64,000 nt of DNA from Candidatus Hodarchaeota archaeon. Its GTDB lineage: Archaea; Asgardarchaeota; Lokiarchaeia; Sigyniarchaeales; SOKP01. The notes under the pieces are model-generated. The model had not been told where the DNA came from, ran no database searches, and saw only the letters and a list, made by a program, of their open reading frames with translations. Position 1 is the stretch's first letter; the number at the start of each line of letters is the position of its first letter. The stretch is from NCBI GenBank assembly GCA_048886685.1, contig JBHLKM010000001.1, forward strand, positions 1 through 64,000, in the 5' to 3' direction. This document shows, in pieces, positions 60,285 to 64,000 of the stretch. A program made the translations under genes and the position numbers.

Positions 60285-60438
60285 TGAGGGAGATTGAGAA
60301 AATAAAAAATATCCCCTATACATGTGTGAATTCCACCAAATGTGAGGAAATTTCCTAATTAAAATGGTAACTAAATAACTTTTGTTCTAAAATCTTAAAC
60401 TTCCTTTTTAAGATTTTAATTTTTCCCCTTCTCCCTCA
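60285..60438 (+). other. Intergenic element bounded by a perfect 9-bp inverted repeat (candidate small RNA or leader structure)
   Basis: TGAGGGAGA (60285-60293) / TCTCCCTCA (60430-60438), an internal AAAATCTTAA...TTAAGATTTT hairpin, and TTTAAATA about 25 nt upstream. Confidence 0.35.
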
Positions 60439-60572
60439 TTCGTGTTCTTAATTCGTTGTATTCATAAGAGATTGACCTTTTCTATCTTATTCACAAAATA
60501 AAGTTTAAAGGATTAATTTAATTACAAATTATATCTTTATTCGGGATATTAATGATTAAAGTGTAGATTCTT

Positions 60573-61205
60573 ATGGATTTTGAAAAATTAACTGAACTAA
60601 TTATTGAATTAGAAGTCGACGATATAGCTGATGCAGTAAAAGAAGCATTAGGTGAGGATAAAGATCCTTTTGATATATTAAACGCTTTAACGAAGGGAAT
60701 GGATGAAGTTGGCCGTCGATATGAAGAAAAGGAATACTACTTAACTGAACTTGTGCTAGCTGGTGAAACGATGAAAGAAGCATTTGCAGTATTACAACCC
60801 GCGTTAGCTGCAGCCGATACATCTTTAGAAAAAGTAAAAATTATTCTAGCTACTGTAAAAGGAGATAACCATGATATTGGTAAAAATATTCTTGGTTCTC
60901 TTTTATTAAGTTCTGGTTTTGAACTTCATGATTTAGGTATGGATGTGGATGAAAATACAATTGTAGAAAAAGTAAAAGAAACAGGTGCATCTATTGTTGC
61001 ATTAAGTTCTTTACTTACAATGACTGTAGAACAAATTAAAGTTGTTCATGAAGCTTTAATCGCTGCTGGTCTTCGGGATAACGTCAAATTAATAGTTGGT
61101 GGTGCCCCGTTGAATGAAGATCTTGCTAAGAAACTTGGAGCAGATGATTTTGCTGATGATGCTGTTGAAGGTGTAAAACATATCAAAGAACTAGCTGGTA
61201 AGTAA
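60573..61205 (+). CDS. Methyltransferase corrinoid protein (MtaC/MttC-like)
   Basis: GDNHDIGKNI, SSLLT and IVGGAP B12-binding motifs. Confidence 0.92.
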   Translation: MDFEKLTELIIELEVDDIADAVKEALGEDKDPFDILNALTKGMDEVGRRYEEKEYYLTELVLAGETMKEAFAVLQPALAAADTSLEKVKIILATVKGDNHDIGKNILGSLLLSSGFELHDLGMDVDENTIVEKVKETGASIVALSSLLTMTVEQIKVVHEALIAAGLRDNVKLIVGGAPLNEDLAKKLGADDFADDAVEGVKHIKELAGK

Positions 61206-61446
61206 AAATTTTCTACATAGCTAATTATATTTTTATTTTAATCACAGTCTTACTTTTTTTAGAATGTTTTGATATTCTATTTATAGATTATAAGTAACTT
61301 TTTTTAACCATTTTATATCTATTTTATGTTTATTATTGAATTTGATTAAAATATAATGAGAATATTTATACTTCTTAGTATTCATTTATGTCCTAAGAAC
61401 CGATAAAATAAAAAGAATCGTATGAAATTGTATGGAGGATTAAATT

Positions 61447-61701
61447 ATGACTGAAAATGAAAATAGTGAAATTGAATATGATGAACAACTCGATACCCGA
61501 GGATTATATTGTCCAGAGCCATTGTTTGAAGTTAGAAATTTGAGTGAGAGTCTTGAAGTAGGACAATGTTTTAAGGTTTTAGCAGATGATCCCGCAGCTG
61601 AAGAAGATTTAAAGAGATGGGCAAAAAGGACAGACACTGAATTGGTTGAGTTTTTAAAGGATGGCAAGGATTTAATATTTTATTTTAAGAAGAAAAAGTG
61701 A
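61447..61701 (+). CDS. tusA: TusA-family sulfur carrier
   Basis: LDTRGLYCPEP and ADDPAAEEDL. Confidence 0.9.
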   Translation: MTENENSEIEYDEQLDTRGLYCPEPLFEVRNLSESLEVGQCFKVLADDPAAEEDLKRWAKRTDTELVEFLKDGKDLIFYFKKKK

Positions 61702-61720
61702 AAATTGAGGGGAATATAGA

Positions 61721-62914
61721 ATGGGTATTTATTTAGACTATCAAGCAGCGAAACCTGTTGATTCTAGAGTTATTTCAGAAATGACAATTTATTTAAATCA
61801 AAAATTTGCTAATCCATCATCACTTCATTGTGAAGGAGATGAGGCAACCGATGCGTTAAGTGAATATAGACATAAAGTAGCAGATTTCATAAATGCTCCA
61901 GATCCAGAGTCTATAATTTTCACATCAGGAGCTACAGAATCAAATAATCTTGCGTTAATTGGCTATGCAATGAGAAATAAGAAGAAAGGTAATCATATAA
62001 TAATTTCAGAGATAGAACACATTTCAATTTTAAATATTGCCAAGTACTTAGAACGGCAAGGATTTGAAATCAGTAGAGTTCCTGTGGATCAATATGGAAT
62101 AATAAGACTCAATAAACTGGAACGGTTAATTAATGAAAACACAATTTTGATATCTATCTCTACAGCAAGTAATGAAGTTGGATCAATTCAACCAATAAAG
62201 GAAATAAGTGATCTCGCAGTTAAAAACAATATTGCATTTCATACTGATGCTGTAGCAAGTGAAAGTGTCATTCCAATAGATGTTCAAGAAATTCCTATTG
62301 ATATGTTAACATTATCTTCAAATGACATTTACGGTCCTAGAGGAGTAGGGGCTTTATACTTAAAAAAAGGAGTAAGAGTAAATCCGATAATCATCGGTGG
62401 AGGACAAGAAAGAGGATTCAGATCGGGCTCTGAAAATGTACCTGGAATTGTGGGATTTGGAAAAGCTGCTGAGATAATGAAAAAAAAAATAAATGAAGAA
62501 GCATCTAGATTGAGAATCTTAAGAGATAAGTTGATAAAAGGAATATTAGAGGTTATTCCAAAGTCATATTTAAATGGTCATCCAGAAAAAAGACTCCCGC
62601 ATAATGCTCACTTTAGATTCGATTATATTGAAGGAGAGTCATTAATACTTAGTCTAAAAGATGAAAATATCGCTGCTGCTACTGGTTCAGCGTGTTCATC
62701 TAAAACTTTAGAAGCTTCCCATACTCTGATTGCTATGGGCTTACTTCATGAAGAGGCTCATGGATCTCTAGTAATAACATTAGGAAGAAACACAACAGAA
62801 CAAGATATTGATGAATTATTGGATAAATTGCCTGGAATAGTAAAAAGATTAAGGCTATTATCTCCTTTGACTCCTCCAGATTTAATTAAAAAATATAATG
62901 AGGTGAATGAATAA
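61721..62914 (+). CDS. iscS: Cysteine desulfurase IscS/NifS
   Basis: NPSSLH, FTSGATESNN, HTDAV and GSACSS. The usual SxHK PLP-lysine motif reads SSND here. Confidence 0.9.
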   Translation: MGIYLDYQAAKPVDSRVISEMTIYLNQKFANPSSLHCEGDEATDALSEYRHKVADFINAPDPESIIFTSGATESNNLALIGYAMRNKKKGNHIIISEIEHISILNIAKYLERQGFEISRVPVDQYGIIRLNKLERLINENTILISISTASNEVGSIQPIKEISDLAVKNNIAFHTDAVASESVIPIDVQEIPIDMLTLSSNDIYGPRGVGALYLKKGVRVNPIIIGGGQERGFRSGSENVPGIVGFGKAAEIMKKKINEEASRLRILRDKLIKGILEVIPKSYLNGHPEKRLPHNAHFRFDYIEGESLILSLKDENIAAATGSACSSKTLEASHTLIAMGLLHEEAHGSLVITLGRNTTEQDIDELLDKLPGIVKRLRLLSPLTPPDLIKKYNEVNE

Positions 62915-63719
62915 AATGAAATCAACTCAGTATTCTGAAAAAGTCTTAGATCATTTTCGTAACCCCAGAAACATGGGAGAAATTGAGGAAGCAGATGGAT
63001 TTGGACGCGTAGGCAATCCTGTTTGTGGAGATCTTATGTTTATGTATATTAAGGTCGGTAGAAACAATAGAGATGAGGAGATAATTGAAGATATTAAATT
63101 TAAAACTTTTGGTTGCGGTTCGGCGGTCGCTACATCTTCTATGATTACTGAAATGGCTAAAGGTCTAACATTAGAAGAAGCCTACAAAATTACAAGACAG
63201 GATGTAGCTGATGAGCTAGAAGGCCTTCCACCAATTAAAATGCACTGCTCAAATCTTGCTGCAGATGCTTTAAAAGCCGCTATCGATAATTATAGACTAG
63301 GCACTGAACCAGAAGTTGAAGTGGAAACTGCTTGCAAATTAGAGATAAATGTTATTCTAGGATTTGACGAATATCTTGGTAAAGGGACTTATAAGGAAAT
63401 CCCCGAAAACCTTGAAGAATTTAGAGATAAAAGGGTTCTAATTGTAGACTCTGGTGACGAGTCTTTAGAGCTTGCTTTAAAACTAACTAATTACACAGGA
63501 AGAGTTATTGTGTCTACAACTTCTAAAGTAATCCCAGGAAGGGAAGCAATAGCTAAAAAATTAAAACAATCGGATGTCAAAATTCTTCAGCAATCTGAAC
63601 TCGTTGAAATAAAAGGAGAACTAGATGAAGTGGAAAAAGTAGTTTTGCACGATTTTGATGAGGATGAAAATTACGAGTTGTTCTTAGACGTCGTAGTATA
63701 TTTGGATTATAGAGGGTAA
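62907..63719 (+). CDS. iscU: IscU/NifU scaffold fused to a degenerate thioredoxin-reductase-like dinucleotide-binding domain
   Basis: GNPVCGD, FGCGSA and LPPIKMHCS, then a C-terminal GFDEYLGKG...FRDKRVLIVDSGDESLELALKL. Confidence 0.88.
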   Translation: MNKMKSTQYSEKVLDHFRNPRNMGEIEEADGFGRVGNPVCGDLMFMYIKVGRNNRDEEIIEDIKFKTFGCGSAVATSSMITEMAKGLTLEEAYKITRQDVADELEGLPPIKMHCSNLAADALKAAIDNYRLGTEPEVEVETACKLEINVILGFDEYLGKGTYKEIPENLEEFRDKRVLIVDSGDESLELALKLTNYTGRVIVSTTSKVIPGREAIAKKLKQSDVKILQQSELVEIKGELDEVEKVVLHDFDEDENYELFLDVVVYLDYRG

Positions 63720-63765
63720 ATCAAAATTTTATAATTTTTTTAAATTTTCTGGATTTGAAAAGTCT

Positions 63766-64000
63766 TTATTTTTTCATCGATTCTAAGATATAGTCAGTTA
63801 TATATTTGCTCTCCTTATCTGTTTGATTCTTATAATTCACATACCTAAAATTAAAAACACATAAGGGACAGGAGGAGGTTATTTCTTTTGTTTCTATATT
63901 GTTAAATAAATCTTTACCAATATTAATGCAGATGCTACTATCAACCCCTCTTATTCCAGAACCAGCTCCACAACATGGTGTTTCTTTGGGATTGGTTGTT
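63766..64000 (-). CDS. 3' end of a CCG-domain Fe-S oxidoreductase (HdrD/GlpC-like), partial
   Basis: Manual translation ...PCCGAGSGIR...TSSCPLCVFNF...MKK*. Confidence 0.75.
   Translation of the reverse strand, partial: TTNPKETPCCGAGSGIRGVDSSICINIGKDLFNNIETKEITSSCPLCVFNFRYVNYKNQTDKESKYITDYILESMKK

Noticed and set aside
1-64000. CRISPR array, transposase, integrase or provirus
   Set aside because: I saw no regularly spaced repeats, recombinase motifs or duplicated tRNA 3' ends by eye.

Overview
AT-rich archaeal chromosomal segment, most likely from an Asgard archaeon of the Lokiarchaeia type. This is inferred from eS26/eS19/eL31/eL39/eL20, aIF6, prefoldin, TFB, ArcS/RaSEA, CdhE, several roadblock/longin-like proteins and a multi-PAS histidine kinase. 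It is mostly housekeeping DNA, and I found no CRISPR array, integrase or transposase. The main result is a set of six bulge-helix-bulge (BHB) type introns. One is a 37-nt frame-breaking intron inside the protein-coding dnaG gene (28141-28177); cutting at the standard BHB positions restores the conserved GAIFGQ|TEGLL motif exactly. The other five are in tRNAs: three in tRNA-Phe(GAA), leaving two 8-nt micro-exons, one in the D-loop of tRNA-Asp, and one canonical intron in tRNA-Gly. Further observations: several genes appear to start at ATT/ATC (eS26, the ECF ATPase, an RHH-HisKA-receiver fusion and others); there is a structured, promoter-preceded ~240-nt candidate ncRNA (38582-38820) and a second smaller candidate (60285-60438); IscU is fused to a degenerate thioredoxin-reductase-like domain; and there are two gene relics. 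Family assignments come from motif recognition only; no database search was run.
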